Below are positions 45,993 to 55,027 of a stretch of 64,000 nt of DNA, piece after piece. The notes below the pieces were generated by a model that ran no database searches, was not told the DNA's origin, and saw only the letters and a program-made list of their open reading frames with translations. The translations under genes were made by a program, and so were the position numbers. The stretch comes from Verrucomicrobiales bacterium. GTDB taxonomy: Bacteria; Verrucomicrobiota; Verrucomicrobiia; Verrucomicrobiales; V1-33. The stretch is taken from NCBI GenBank assembly GCA_965229245.1, contig CBDDIW010000005.1:334618-398617 (forward strand), in the 5' to 3' direction. Within the stretch, counting starts at the first letter, position 1; each line of letters opens with the position of its first letter.

Positions 45993-46244
45993 TTACTCCA
46001 GGACTTCCACGCCCACCTCCGCGCCCTGAAAGGCGGCGGCCGCGGCGGCGAGATTCCGGATAGCCATCACCGTATTCCCACTGTGTCCCAGCAGGCGGGC
46101 GATGTCCCCGCCGCCCACGCGCACGTCAAAAACATGGCGGGCTCCCTCCTGGCGGTGCACCACACTGGCTTTCTCCGGCTGATCGGCCAGGGAATGCACC
46201 ACGTAGTTCACAAATTCCTGAATGCCGGTAACAGCGGGGGTCAT
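45993..46244 (-). CDS. khpA: KH-domain RNA-binding protein (UPF0109/YlqC, KhpA family)
   Basis: 83 aa. KH core GDIARLLGHSGNTVMAIRNL. The position directly downstream of rpsP is conserved for this family. Confidence 0.78.
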   Translation of the reverse strand: MTPAVTGIQEFVNYVVHSLADQPEKASVVHRQEGARHVFDVRVGGGDIARLLGHSGNTVMAIRNLAAAAAAFQGAEVGVEVLE

Positions 46245-46320
46245 GACGGAGGAATGGGAATAAAAGCAGAAACCCGGCCCCGGTCATACAGACCGGAACC
46301 GGGTAAAGGTTTCAAAAGCC

Positions 46321-46578
46321 TCAGGCTTTAGGCGGCAGGGCCTTGCGGGCCCGGCGGATGATGCTGGCCACCGTTTCGCTGGCCTTCGCACCCTTGCCGA
46401 TCCACTCGTCCACCTTGGCAATGTCCACCACGGAGTTGTCCGTCTTTTTCATCGGATCGTACGTGCCGATCATTTCGATAAAACGTCCGTCACGGCGGCT
46501 GCGGGAGTCCGCGACGACGATACGGTAAAACGGGCGGTCCTTGGAGCCTTCGCGTCTCAGCCTGATTGCAACTGCCAT
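46321..46578 (-). CDS. rpsP: 30S ribosomal protein S16
   Basis: [42 protein letters not shown]. Start set at internal ATG 46578; the track ORF extends spuriously to 46764. Confidence 0.96.
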   Translation of the reverse strand: MAVAIRLRREGSKDRPFYRIVVADSRSRRDGRFIEMIGTYDPMKKTDNSVVDIAKVDEWIGKGAKASETVASIIRRARKALPPKA

Positions 46579-46828
46579 ACTAACTTGCGGTCTGGGGGTT
46601 GTGGAAATAAATGAGCGCCGGAAAGGAAGAAAGAAAGTCCGGCGCGGGAGGTCGGCTGTAACGCCCGGGAAAAGGGAACGCAAGTGATTTCTCGTCTCAT
46701 TCCATCGTCTTTTCATTCCCCGCATCATGGCGGGGTTTGCGGCCAGTGTGTGCGGCAAACTCATTAGCGTTTACGCCTTTCAGATGCCGGGAGCCGGGAC
46801 TCCGGAGGGCCGAAGGCCTGAATCCATA

Positions 46829-46978
46829 CCAGCCTGGGGCAACGCCCCGGGAATGAACGGAAGGGATGTCTAAAGGGCTGAAAGCCCGCGCCATCCTCTT
46901 CTGGCGAGGCGGAATGGGGCGGGCCTTCAGCCCTGTTCCCTTTTGCGCGGGGACTCCTGGGGCGCTGCCCCAGGCTGG
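46829..46978. repeat. ~150-nt near-perfect extended palindrome (rod-like hairpin) in the non-coding gap between the FHA gene and rpsP
   Basis: Outer stem 46829-46852 pairs with 46955-46978: 22 Watson-Crick pairs, 1 GU and 1 mismatch out of 24. Inner stem 46874-46892 pairs with 46916-46934 at 17 of 19 positions. An extra ~9-bp helix forms between 46858-46866 and 37-45 of the opposite side. The apical loop contains CCTC...GAGG. Confidence 0.85.
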
Positions 46979-47081
46979 CATGGCTTGCGCCTTTGGCGCG
47001 GCTGGGGGAGGAACCATTCCTCTGAAAAAGCTCCCGGAATCCGTCAGCCGGACCCACTGGCCGCCCTCCGCCACGGCGGGC

Positions 47082-47717
47082 TCAGTTCCCGTGAATGTAT
47101 TCCTTCAGGTAGTCCCAGACCCACTGTTTTTCATGGTCCTGGTAATGACGGACGGTGGCTCCAATGAAGAACACGCACGGCAGCACAAAGACCATCGCGA
47201 TGAGGGCAAAGCAGCCATCCCCCCCGCCCCGGCGGACGATGGTGGACACCGGACGCTGGATCACATAGGGCTGCCCTCCCGGAGGCACCGCCACGGGTGG
47301 CGGGGAACCGGAAACCGGGTTCCGCGGCGGCTGATTCACAAAGACCGGCTGCGGCGAGGCGCCGGAGGAACGGTTTTGCTCATAAATCTGGGTCTGCTGG
47401 TTGTCCCGCACCCGGTCCCCGGCGGGCACGTCGGACTCATACACCGCCTGGGTGTCCCCGAACTGGATGACATCCCCGTTCATCAGCATGTAGGTGGACA
47501 CCAGTTGCCCGTTGACCTTCGTGTGGTTCGTGGACTCGAGGTCCGACACGGCAAAGTCCCCCGTCTCCGTGAGCTTCAGCACGGCATGGTAGCTGGAACT
47601 GGCACCGTCCCGGAGGACGATGTCGTTATTCTCCGCCCGGCCGATGGTGAAAACCTTGCCATTGAGGCCGAATTTCGCGGAGGTTCCGTCCGGGTAGTGG
47701 ATGAGGATTTTGGGCAT
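47082..47717 (-). CDS. FHA-domain protein with a C-terminal membrane anchor
   Basis: FHA core FTIGRAENNDIVLRDGASSSYHAVL...DLESTNHTKVNGQLV...LMNGDVIQFG. C-terminal TM helix CFALIAMVFVLPCVFFIGA. Confidence 0.85.
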   Translation of the reverse strand: MPKILIHYPDGTSAKFGLNGKVFTIGRAENNDIVLRDGASSSYHAVLKLTETGDFAVSDLESTNHTKVNGQLVSTYMLMNGDVIQFGDTQAVYESDVPAGDRVRDNQQTQIYEQNRSSGASPQPVFVNQPPRNPVSGSPPPVAVPPGGQPYVIQRPVSTIVRRGGGDGCFALIAMVFVLPCVFFIGATVRHYQDHEKQWVWDYLKEYIHGN

Positions 47718-47868
47718 GGAAAAAGGAGGCAGTGAGCGACGCGCGCGGTATTAACCGCGGCAGCGAAAATCGACAAGTGCTACTTCCCGCACGTTGACGG
47801 GAGGACAGCGTTCCCGTGGAAATGGACCGGTTGAGTTCCGGCCGGGTCCAGGCATATCCTCCGGCGTG

Positions 47869-49134
47869 ATGACTTCCCATTCCCGGCGCTCCGCCTGTTT
47901 TCTCCTGGCCTCCACCTTCACGGCCCTGGGTCTCCGGCCCACCCGCGGCGCGGAGGGAACAGCGGACCTGACGGGCGCGGCGGCACGGCGGCGCATCCAG
48001 GAGGGTTTCGTGGCGCTGGACAGGCTCTACTGGTCGCCCGTGCTGCACATCTGGCTGGACCGCGCGGGGGATGACCTGCGGGCCTATTACGAAGGCCGTC
48101 TGAATCCGCCGTGGTGGTCCGCCGCCAATGCCGTGGAGACGCAACTGGACCTCATGCATCTCACCGGGGATGCCTCCCGTTTGCCCGCGCTGGCATCCAT
48201 GTGGGAGCAGCATCACGCGAATGGAGACCAGGCCCCGGTGGTGGTGGCGGAGCTGAAACGGCGGGGCCAGTGGTCCGCGGAGGACGAAGCCAAACGCCAG
48301 CGCCGCCCCAAAGTCCGCCTGACCACGAAGGCGGGCTACGACGAATTCAAAAACGAATACCTCGACGATTCCGGCTGGTGGGCGCTGACGTGGCTGAAGA
48401 TGTATGACCGGACGAAGGAGGCCAAATATCTGAACACCGCGAAGGCCATCCACGCCCACATGGCCAGCCACTGGCGCGCGGACGGCGGTGGCGTGCTCTG
48501 GCACCTGGAGGATAAGAACCCGGTGGCGAATTCCATCACCAACAGCCTCTTCCTCATCCTCTCCGCCCGGTTGCACCAGCGGACGAAAGACGCGGCGTTT
48601 CTGAAATGGGCGGAACGCACGCGCGAATGGTTCCACCAGTCCGCCCTCTATGACGGCACGGCGGTGGTGGATGCCCCGGGGCACAAGGGGGACTACTGGA
48701 CTTACAACCAGGGCACGTGGATCGGCGGGCTGACCGCGCTGTATCTCACCACCGGCTCCCAGGCTTATCTGGATGACGCCGTCCAGGCGACGGATACCAT
48801 CCTGCACCGCGCCGGGCTGGTACAGGACGGCGTGATCTTTGAGAAGCTGGGTGTCAGCGGCTGGGACCCGGGCCTCTTCAAAGGCGTCTTCGTCCGTTAC
48901 CTGGGACAACTGCGGGACGTGCTCCGCGCACGGAAACTCCACCCCGCGATGGCGGACGAAATCGATAAAGCCCTCCGCTCCAGCGCCGCCTCCATGCTCG
49001 CCCACAGCGTGGACAAGGAAGGCCAGTATGGCATTCACTGGCAAAAGGTGGAGAAGGACCAGGTCTTCAATTATAATACCCACCTGTCCGGCCTGACGCT
49101 GCTGACCACCCTGCTGCCCGCAGAGGCGAAGTAA
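47869..49134 (+). CDS. Glycoside hydrolase family 76 (alpha-1,6-mannanase-like)
   Basis: Signal-like N-terminus (start at ATG 47869, MTSHSRRSACFLLAS). GH76-type YLDDSGWWALTWLKMYDRT, VLWH, FLILSARL, TYNQGTWIGGL. Confidence 0.78.
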   Translation: MTSHSRRSACFLLASTFTALGLRPTRGAEGTADLTGAAARRRIQEGFVALDRLYWSPVLHIWLDRAGDDLRAYYEGRLNPPWWSAANAVETQLDLMHLTGDASRLPALASMWEQHHANGDQAPVVVAELKRRGQWSAEDEAKRQRRPKVRLTTKAGYDEFKNEYLDDSGWWALTWLKMYDRTKEAKYLNTAKAIHAHMASHWRADGGGVLWHLEDKNPVANSITNSLFLILSARLHQRTKDAAFLKWAERTREWFHQSALYDGTAVVDAPGHKGDYWTYNQGTWIGGLTALYLTTGSQAYLDDAVQATDTILHRAGLVQDGVIFEKLGVSGWDPGLFKGVFVRYLGQLRDVLRARKLHPAMADEIDKALRSSAASMLAHSVDKEGQYGIHWQKVEKDQVFNYNTHLSGLTLLTTLLPAEAK

Positions 49135-49151
49135 CCGGAACCGTTGCACCT

Positions 49152-49457
49152 ATGGCTGGCAAAATTGGCTCCCTGTGTCTGGCATTGAGTTTCGTCATGC
49201 TCCTCACGTCATGCGCGACGATGACGAATCCCGTGGATCAGAGACGGAAAGCCCGCGCCGAAGTGGTGGGGGCGGATTTGAAAACGCATGGCCGGGCCTC
49301 GAAATATTTCCGGGACAGTCCTTTTCTGACGGATGTGGGTGGCGGCATCCGGGTATTGTCCAATAAGGACAAAATGGAAGTCCATTACTATTGCTGGCCC
49401 ATGGGCCCCTCCCATGTGCTGGATGTGACTACCGGCGAATGGAGTTTTGAAGAGTGA
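49152..49457 (+). CDS. Small lipoprotein, hypothetical
   Basis: Lipobox-like LCLALSFVMLLTSC. 101 aa. Confidence 0.55.
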   Translation: MAGKIGSLCLALSFVMLLTSCATMTNPVDQRRKARAEVVGADLKTHGRASKYFRDSPFLTDVGGGIRVLSNKDKMEVHYYCWPMGPSHVLDVTTGEWSFEE

Positions 49458-49482
49458 GACGGTAACAGACGGTAACCGCCAT

Positions 49483-49968
49483 TCAAGCCTCCCCGGATAC
49501 CGGCAGCCGCAACGCTTCGAGAAAGGCCTCCGGACGACGGAGCCGGAGAAGAAGCAACGTGGCTCTCCCTTTGCGGTCGTGGAACGAAAACAGCATCAAG
49601 CCGCGACGGAGGCCGTGGTTGCCAATCTTCGCGGAAATGATGGCGTCGCGCGGGATGCGGTGGGTGACATTCGAAAACGTGGGCCAGACGTTGAAGGGGA
49701 ACCAGGGTCTGGTCCAGACTTCGCTTTCCGTGACCGTCACCCGCAGACACCGGCTGGCTCCCGCCAGCAATGTCCATAGATTCCGCGTGGAATTGCCGGA
49801 GGCGCTGCCTTCGTGAAAAAGAACCCGGACGGATCGCAGGGAGGGAAACCGGGGGTGCCGGAAGTAATGCAGGTAGATCCCCAGGAGAAGCCAGAGGAAC
49901 AAATTCGCCACGATCAGATAAACAGATATCTCCGGATACCATCCAAACCATTCCGTGACAAAGCTCAT
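49483..49968 (-). CDS. Hypothetical membrane protein
   Basis: N-terminal TM helix ISVYLIVANLFLWLLLGIYL. No recognisable motif. Confidence 0.5.
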   Translation of the reverse strand: MSFVTEWFGWYPEISVYLIVANLFLWLLLGIYLHYFRHPRFPSLRSVRVLFHEGSASGNSTRNLWTLLAGASRCLRVTVTESEVWTRPWFPFNVWPTFSNVTHRIPRDAIISAKIGNHGLRRGLMLFSFHDRKGRATLLLLRLRRPEAFLEALRLPVSGEA

Positions 49969-49989
49969 GGATAACCGCGGGGTTTCTGT

Positions 49990-51036
49990 TTAAAACCAGT
50001 CCAGCCCCGCCGTTTCCGGCTGGCCGGTCATGAGGTTGAAGGACTGCATGGCCTGGGAGGCCGCGCCTTTCCAGAGGTTGTCCTCGGCGCTCATGAGCAC
50101 ATACCGGCCCGTGCGGGCATCCCAGGCCCAGCCGATATCGATGAAGTTCGTGCGCACCACATCCTTGGTATCCGGGCAGCCGTTTTTTCCGCGCAGCCGC
50201 ACGAAGGGCGAGCCCGCGTAGAACTCCCTGTAAACCGCATCCAGGTCCGCGTTCCCCTTCCCTTCCGCCGGGGTGGCATAAATGGTGGTGGCGATGCCGG
50301 CGGTGACGGGGATGAGGTGCGGCGTGAAGGTGATGCGCAACGGCACGCCCGCGGCCGCGCTCAGTTCCTGCTCGATCTCGCTGAGGTGCCGGTGCTTTGG
50401 CACGCTGTAGGCCCGCACGCTTTCATTGCACTCACAGAAGAGCAGCGGGATGGATTCCTTCCTGCCCGCGCCACTCACGCCGCTCATGCTGAAAACGCCG
50501 ATGCTGTCCGGCTGGAGCAGACCCGCCTTCAGCAGCGGGATCAGCGGCACCAGCACACTGGTGGGGTAACAGCCAGGGGAGGCAATCAGCCGGGCCTTCC
50601 TGATAGCGTCTCCGTGGACTTCCGGCAGGCCATACACCGCCTCCGCCAGGAGTTCCGGCGCGGGGTGCGGATGGTCATAAAACTCCTCATACACCGCCGC
50701 ATCCCGCAGGCGGAAGTCCGCGCTGAGATCAATGACCCGGATGCCGCGCTCCAGGAGGCCGATGGCATACTCATGCGCCACCCCGTGCGGCAGGGCCAGA
50801 AAGGCAACCTCCGCTCCAGTGGCCGCGATGGCATCCGCGTCCGGAGCGATGAAGGCAAGCTCCGAGGCCGGTCCCGCGGCGGCAAAGCGGGGGAACACGG
50901 TCGCGATGGTCTTCCCCGCCGCCTGGCGGGAGGTCACGCATACCAGTTCCGCGGCGGGATGCCGCAGGAGGATGCGCAGGAGTTCAATGCCGGAATACCC
51001 GCTCGCGCCGAGCACGGCGACCTTTGTTTTCTTCAT
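49990..51036 (-). CDS. argC: N-acetyl-gamma-glutamyl-phosphate reductase
   Basis: MKKTKVAVLGASGYSGIELLRIL and the catalytic-Cys motif ASPGCYPTS. 348 aa. Confidence 0.95.
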   Translation of the reverse strand: MKKTKVAVLGASGYSGIELLRILLRHPAAELVCVTSRQAAGKTIATVFPRFAAAGPASELAFIAPDADAIAATGAEVAFLALPHGVAHEYAIGLLERGIRVIDLSADFRLRDAAVYEEFYDHPHPAPELLAEAVYGLPEVHGDAIRKARLIASPGCYPTSVLVPLIPLLKAGLLQPDSIGVFSMSGVSGAGRKESIPLLFCECNESVRAYSVPKHRHLSEIEQELSAAAGVPLRITFTPHLIPVTAGIATTIYATPAEGKGNADLDAVYREFYAGSPFVRLRGKNGCPDTKDVVRTNFIDIGWAWDARTGRYVLMSAEDNLWKGAASQAMQSFNLMTGQPETAGLDWF

Positions 51037-51093
51037 CCGCGCACGGAGCGTTATCGAGCCCCCGGGGGCAAGAGGGGAATGCGCGTCCTCCGG

Positions 51094-52029
51094 TTACTTC
51101 CGCTCCACGGGGCGGGCTCCGGCGGAACTCACGGGCACGACGGTGATGTCCAGGGTCTGCGTGCCGCGCAGGATTGCCAGAGTCACCGGTTCATCGATGC
51201 GGAGGTAAAAACAGGCCTCGGCGGCGGCCACCGCGTCATTCACCGCGAGCGAACCCACCTTCAGGAGCACATCGCCAGGCTGGAGACCCGCGCGCTCCGC
51301 GGGCAGCGCGGCCACGCATTCCTCCACCCGGGGAATTCCGGCGGCCGGGCTGAGCTTGAAGCCCAGCACCGCGCGGGCCAGCGTGCGGCGGTCCGTCCAG
51401 CGTTTTACAAAGTGCGCCACGGCGGCGGCGGGCAGCATGCGGGCGGCCTCCGTGACATCCGGCACCTCCCCGGCCAGCATGCCGGCGAGGGAGCCGTCCG
51501 GATTCGTCAGCGGGGTGCCATGCGCCCAGGTGCCCTGGGGCAGATGCACGCGAAACCACGGAGACTCCAGCAGGCGCGAGCGGTGCAGCAGATCGTGACC
51601 GGCCATGCGCGCGGGCGCGGGCGCGGAGGATTGCAGGGTAAGGCTGGCCCCGGTGGGCGGAGCGGGGGCACCCGTGTCCAGCGGCACCACCGGCCAGGCT
51701 TTGCCCTCTTCCCCGGCGGGGCTCAGGAGGGAAAACCCGCTGTCACCGTCCCGTGCCACCAGTTTCATCACACTGATCCCCTCTTCGGTCACCGCGCGAT
51801 AGGTATCCGTATCCCCTGGCTTCACGAGGATGGTGGCCAGCAGTTTGGGAGCGACGGGAAAGGCCGTGGAAATCTGCGCGGACTCCGCCCCGGCGGGCCA
51901 CCGCTCCAGCTTGATGAGCGCCCTGGCCCACACCGGCGGAGGAGCCGCCGCCTCCGCGCGGGGTGCGAGCCCTCCCAGCAGGAACACAGCGGCCAGCAAC
52001 AGCCGCGCACGGAAACCAGAGGGAGTCAT
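51094..52029 (-). CDS. Secreted HtrA/DegS-like trypsin-fold + PDZ protein, apparently lacking the catalytic Ser
   Basis: Signal peptide. Where HtrA has GNSGGPL.N..G..(I/V)G, this protein reads WAHGTPLTNPDGSLAGM. PDZ-like AGLQPGDVLLKVGSLAVND. Confidence 0.6.
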   Translation of the reverse strand: MTPSGFRARLLLAAVFLLGGLAPRAEAAAPPPVWARALIKLERWPAGAESAQISTAFPVAPKLLATILVKPGDTDTYRAVTEEGISVMKLVARDGDSGFSLLSPAGEEGKAWPVVPLDTGAPAPPTGASLTLQSSAPAPARMAGHDLLHRSRLLESPWFRVHLPQGTWAHGTPLTNPDGSLAGMLAGEVPDVTEAARMLPAAAVAHFVKRWTDRRTLARAVLGFKLSPAAGIPRVEECVAALPAERAGLQPGDVLLKVGSLAVNDAVAAAEACFYLRIDEPVTLAILRGTQTLDITVVPVSSAGARPVERK

Positions 52030-52047
52030 GAGTGGAGGAGGGTGGGG

Positions 52048-52572
52048 TTAAAGCTCACGCAGGGGAGGCTCCGGAAAAGCCTCCGGCTTCGCCGGGACCG
52101 GACCGATCACCTCCTCCGTGTTCTGGGACTGGCCGGAGGTCCGGCGCTTGCCAGGCGGCATGCCGTTCTTCTCCGTATGCTGTACGGGTAGCGTGGTCCG
52201 CGTTCCCGCTCCACCACCCCGGTAGTCCACGGGGATGGAGCTGGGGCCGGCCTCCTGCCCGGTGGCCACCACCACCATGAGCCCCGGGTTTTTGGGCGCG
52301 GGACGGGGCACGAGCCAGAATCCCGCGAGCACGGCGGCATACACTGCGGCGGCACTCCAGATCACGACCGGACGCCGCAGGCCGTCCATCCACGCCTGGG
52401 TGCGCTCCCACAGGATACCCAGGGCACTCCGGCGCATGAGTTCGGTGCGCTGGCGGCGCTGGAATTTCTCCAGAAACTCCTCCGTGAAGCCTTCCTGGGG
52501 CTGCTCGTGGCGTTTCAGGCGCAGCAGCCGTTGCAACTGTTCTTCCTTGTCCATGGGGGGTCCTCCTTTCAT
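52048..52572 (-). CDS. Putative anti-sigma factor (single-pass membrane protein)
   Basis: The start overlaps the sigma gene stop by 4 nt (52569-52572). One central TM helix VVIWSAAAVYAAVLAGFWLV. No conserved motif recognised. Confidence 0.55.
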   Translation of the reverse strand: MKGGPPMDKEEQLQRLLRLKRHEQPQEGFTEEFLEKFQRRQRTELMRRSALGILWERTQAWMDGLRRPVVIWSAAAVYAAVLAGFWLVPRPAPKNPGLMVVVATGQEAGPSSIPVDYRGGGAGTRTTLPVQHTEKNGMPPGKRRTSGQSQNTEEVIGPVPAKPEAFPEPPLREL

Positions 52573-53225
52573 TTGAGGTAATCCGAAAGCAATGCCTGGA
52601 GCTGGCGGTGGGCGTAGTGCAGACGGGAGCGCACCGTGCCGGCGCTCAGCCCCATGATCCGTCCGATCTCGTTGTGCGGCATGCCCTGGATGTCGAACAT
52701 CACCACCACGGCGCGATGGGATTCCGGCAGCTTCAGCAGGGCTTCGTTCAAATGTTGCTGGAGTTCGTTCAGCCCCGCCTCCCGCACGGGATCGCTGGTG
52801 GCCGTGAGTTCCAGATACTCCTCATCGTGCTGGATGGCCCCGTCCATGTCCTCCAGGCTCACATGGCGGCGGCGGCCCCGGCGCTTCAGAAAATTGATGG
52901 TGGTATTCACCGCGATGGTGTGCACCCAGGTGTGAAACCCGCTCTCCCCGCGAAACCGTTTCAGACTCCGGTAGGCCCGGGCGAAGACATCCTGGAGCAG
53001 ATCATACGTGTCCTCCCGGTTGGAAGTCATGTTGTAGATGAGCTGATAGAGCTTCGGGGTGAACTTCCGCACCAGCGTGTCAAAGGCGGTGGTGTCCCCG
53101 TCGCGCGACCGTTCCACCAGCAGGCGGTCCTGTTCTTTCTCGGTCAAGACTCCGTCGGTCATGCGGGTGGCATCGGTCTCCGCGACCAGACCGAATCCTG
53201 ACAGGGTTGTCGTGAAGGTGGGCAC
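52569..53225 (-). CDS. ECF-type RNA polymerase sigma-70 family factor
   Basis: Region 2: DGDTTAFDTLVRKFTPKLYQLIYNMT...DLLQDVFARAY...FHTWVHTIAVN. Region 4: LPESHRAVVVMFDIQGMPHNEIGRIMGLSAGTVRSRLHYA. Start may instead be the internal ATG at 53162. Confidence 0.9.
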   Translation of the reverse strand: MPTFTTTLSGFGLVAETDATRMTDGVLTEKEQDRLLVERSRDGDTTAFDTLVRKFTPKLYQLIYNMTSNREDTYDLLQDVFARAYRSLKRFRGESGFHTWVHTIAVNTTINFLKRRGRRRHVSLEDMDGAIQHDEEYLELTATSDPVREAGLNELQQHLNEALLKLPESHRAVVVMFDIQGMPHNEIGRIMGLSAGTVRSRLHYAHRQLQALLSDYLK

Positions 53226-53234
53226 GGTGATTTT

Positions 53235-53624
53235 TCAGTAGTGGGTGGAGACGGCGGGAGATCCGGCGCCTTGGCGGGTGAGAGTGACCGACACGGCATT
53301 CGTACCGGGAAGAATGAATTTACGCAGGGTGATCCGCACCTTTTTGAGCGGGAAAGCCCCCAGCAGGTCCGCGCACAGCGTGTCCGCCAGCGTCTCGATG
53401 AGCCGGTATTCCCCCCGCCCCGCCGTGCCCCGGCACAGGTTGGCCGCCTGGGAATAGTCCACCGTGCGCGCCAAGTCCTCTCCCAGGTCCGAAAATCCCC
53501 GCTCCGGCCACAGCCAAAGGTCCGCTTCCAGCCGCTGCGGCACCGCCCTCTCCACGTCCGGCACCCCGGCCCGGGCCATCAGCCCGAGCCCGTGCAGGGT
53601 AATATGATCGTCCTCCAGCGGCAT
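53235..53624 (-). CDS. folB: Dihydroneopterin aldolase
   Basis: ITLHGLGLMARAGVPDVERAVPQRLEADL...DYSQAA...YRLIETLADTLCADLL...VRITLRK. Start ambiguous (ATG 53624 or 53639; the ORF is open to 53714). Confidence 0.72.
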   Translation of the reverse strand: MPLEDDHITLHGLGLMARAGVPDVERAVPQRLEADLWLWPERGFSDLGEDLARTVDYSQAANLCRGTAGRGEYRLIETLADTLCADLLGAFPLKKVRITLRKFILPGTNAVSVTLTRQGAGSPAVSTHY

Positions 53625-53755
53625 AAGTCTCCCCAGCATAGACAGGAATTTCCGGGGCGTGTTCAACTTTTTTCCCTTCTCTCCGGATTCCCCGCAGACG
53701 CCCGGCTTTTCCATTCAGCCATTGCCTTCACCTTTTCTCCCTTCCACGCTGCGGG

Positions 53756-54994
53756 ATGGATTTCTCGAATCCCTACTTCACCGTCATCCTTCTTTCCGTG
53801 GTGGGCCTGCATGTTCTGGGGGTCGCCGCCGCCGTGCTGAATCTCCGGCGGCTCTCGCCGCTGCTCCCGGCGGGGCTGGAGGATATTTATGAAGCGGAGG
53901 CCTACGCGAAGAGCCAGGCCTACACGCGGGAGAGCGAGCGTTTCGATATTTTTTCCGGCACCTTCAAGCTCATCGTTTTCATCGCCTTCTGGCTCCTGGG
54001 GGGCTTCGGGTGGGTGGATGGGCTGGTGCGCGGCTGGACGGACTCCCCGGTGTGGCAGGGGCTGGCGGGCATGAGCCTGCTCTACGCCGCTTCCACGCTG
54101 CTGGGGCTGCCGTTCTCGTGGTATGACACGTTTCACATCGAGGCGAAATACGGGTTCAACAAAACGACGCCCGGCACGTTCGTCACGGACATGGTGAAGG
54201 GGCTGGTGCTCTCGGCGGCCATCGGGCTGCCGCTGCTGGCACTGCTCATCTGGCTGTTCGACCAATTCCCGCTCGCCTGGCTGTGGGCATGGCTGGCCAC
54301 CACCGGGCTCATGCTGGCGCTGCAATACATCGCGCCCCGCTGGCTGATGCCGCTCTTCAACAAATTCACCCCCCTGGAGGACGGGTCGCTGAAAAGGGCC
54401 ATCGATGCCCTTTCGGAGAAATGCGCCTTTCCGCTGGCTGGAGTGTTTGTGATCGACGGCAGCCGCCGCTCCACGAAGGCGAACGCGTTCTTCGCGGGAT
54501 TCGGGAAGCACAAGCGCATCGCGCTGTATGACACGCTCATCGAGAAACACCCCGAGCCGGAGCTGGTGGCGGTGCTGGCTCATGAGATAGGGCACTTCAA
54601 ATGCCGCCACATCGTGCAGCGCATGGTGGTGGCCGTGGGGCAGATCGCCCTGCTTTTCCTGCTGATGGGTCTCTTTATGAAAAACGAGTCCCTGAGCGCG
54701 GCCTTCGGAGTCTCCATTCCGTCCGTGTGGCTGAGCTTTGTCTTCTTTATGTTCCTCTTCGAGCCCGTGCAGAATGTGCTGAACATCGCCGGGAACGTGT
54801 GGAGCCGGAAACATGAATATGAGGCCGATGCCTACGCCGCAAAGGTGACCGGCGGTCCTCTCCCGATGATCGCGGGCCTGAAGCGCCTGGCGCGGGACAC
54901 CCTGGCGAATCTCACGCCGCACCCGCTTTACGTTTTCCTGCACTATTCCCACCCGCCCATGCGGGAACGGCTGGGGATGCTGGCGAAAGGTTAG
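53756..54994 (+). CDS. M48-family (Ste24/HtpX-like) zinc metalloprotease
   Basis: Multiple TM helices. HEXXH motif LAHEIGHFKCRH. Downstream EYEADAYA and THPPMRERL-like HYSHPPMRERL. Confidence 0.9.
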   Translation: MDFSNPYFTVILLSVVGLHVLGVAAAVLNLRRLSPLLPAGLEDIYEAEAYAKSQAYTRESERFDIFSGTFKLIVFIAFWLLGGFGWVDGLVRGWTDSPVWQGLAGMSLLYAASTLLGLPFSWYDTFHIEAKYGFNKTTPGTFVTDMVKGLVLSAAIGLPLLALLIWLFDQFPLAWLWAWLATTGLMLALQYIAPRWLMPLFNKFTPLEDGSLKRAIDALSEKCAFPLAGVFVIDGSRRSTKANAFFAGFGKHKRIALYDTLIEKHPEPELVAVLAHEIGHFKCRHIVQRMVVAVGQIALLFLLMGLFMKNESLSAAFGVSIPSVWLSFVFFMFLFEPVQNVLNIAGNVWSRKHEYEADAYAAKVTGGPLPMIAGLKRLARDTLANLTPHPLYVFLHYSHPPMRERLGMLAKG

Positions 54995-55027
54995 CGCGGC
55001 GGAGGGGCGGCCAGGGGGAAACGCCGG

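Noticed and set aside
46633-46642. GAAAGTCCGG followed ~25 nt later by GTAACGCC on the plus strand. This resembles the RNase P RNA CR-I/P8 region, and a possible GTCCGG/CCGGAC long-range pairing exists to ~47048.
   Set aside because: I could not find the other universally conserved RNase P blocks (the ACAGAACCCGGCUUA-type P4 3' strand, or the GGUAAG/J11-12 region). The implied ~450-nt span does not give a type-A secondary structure by eye. It is probably a chance match within the rpsP upstream region. A cmscan with RF00010 would settle it.
47082-47717. The FHA-domain membrane protein as the Fha component of the T6SS threonine-phosphorylation pathway.
   Set aside because: It lies 29 kb from the T6SS operon and is separated from it by many unrelated genes. 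It has no PpkA/PppA neighbours. FHA domains are common in many pathways. A link cannot be excluded, but nothing here supports it.
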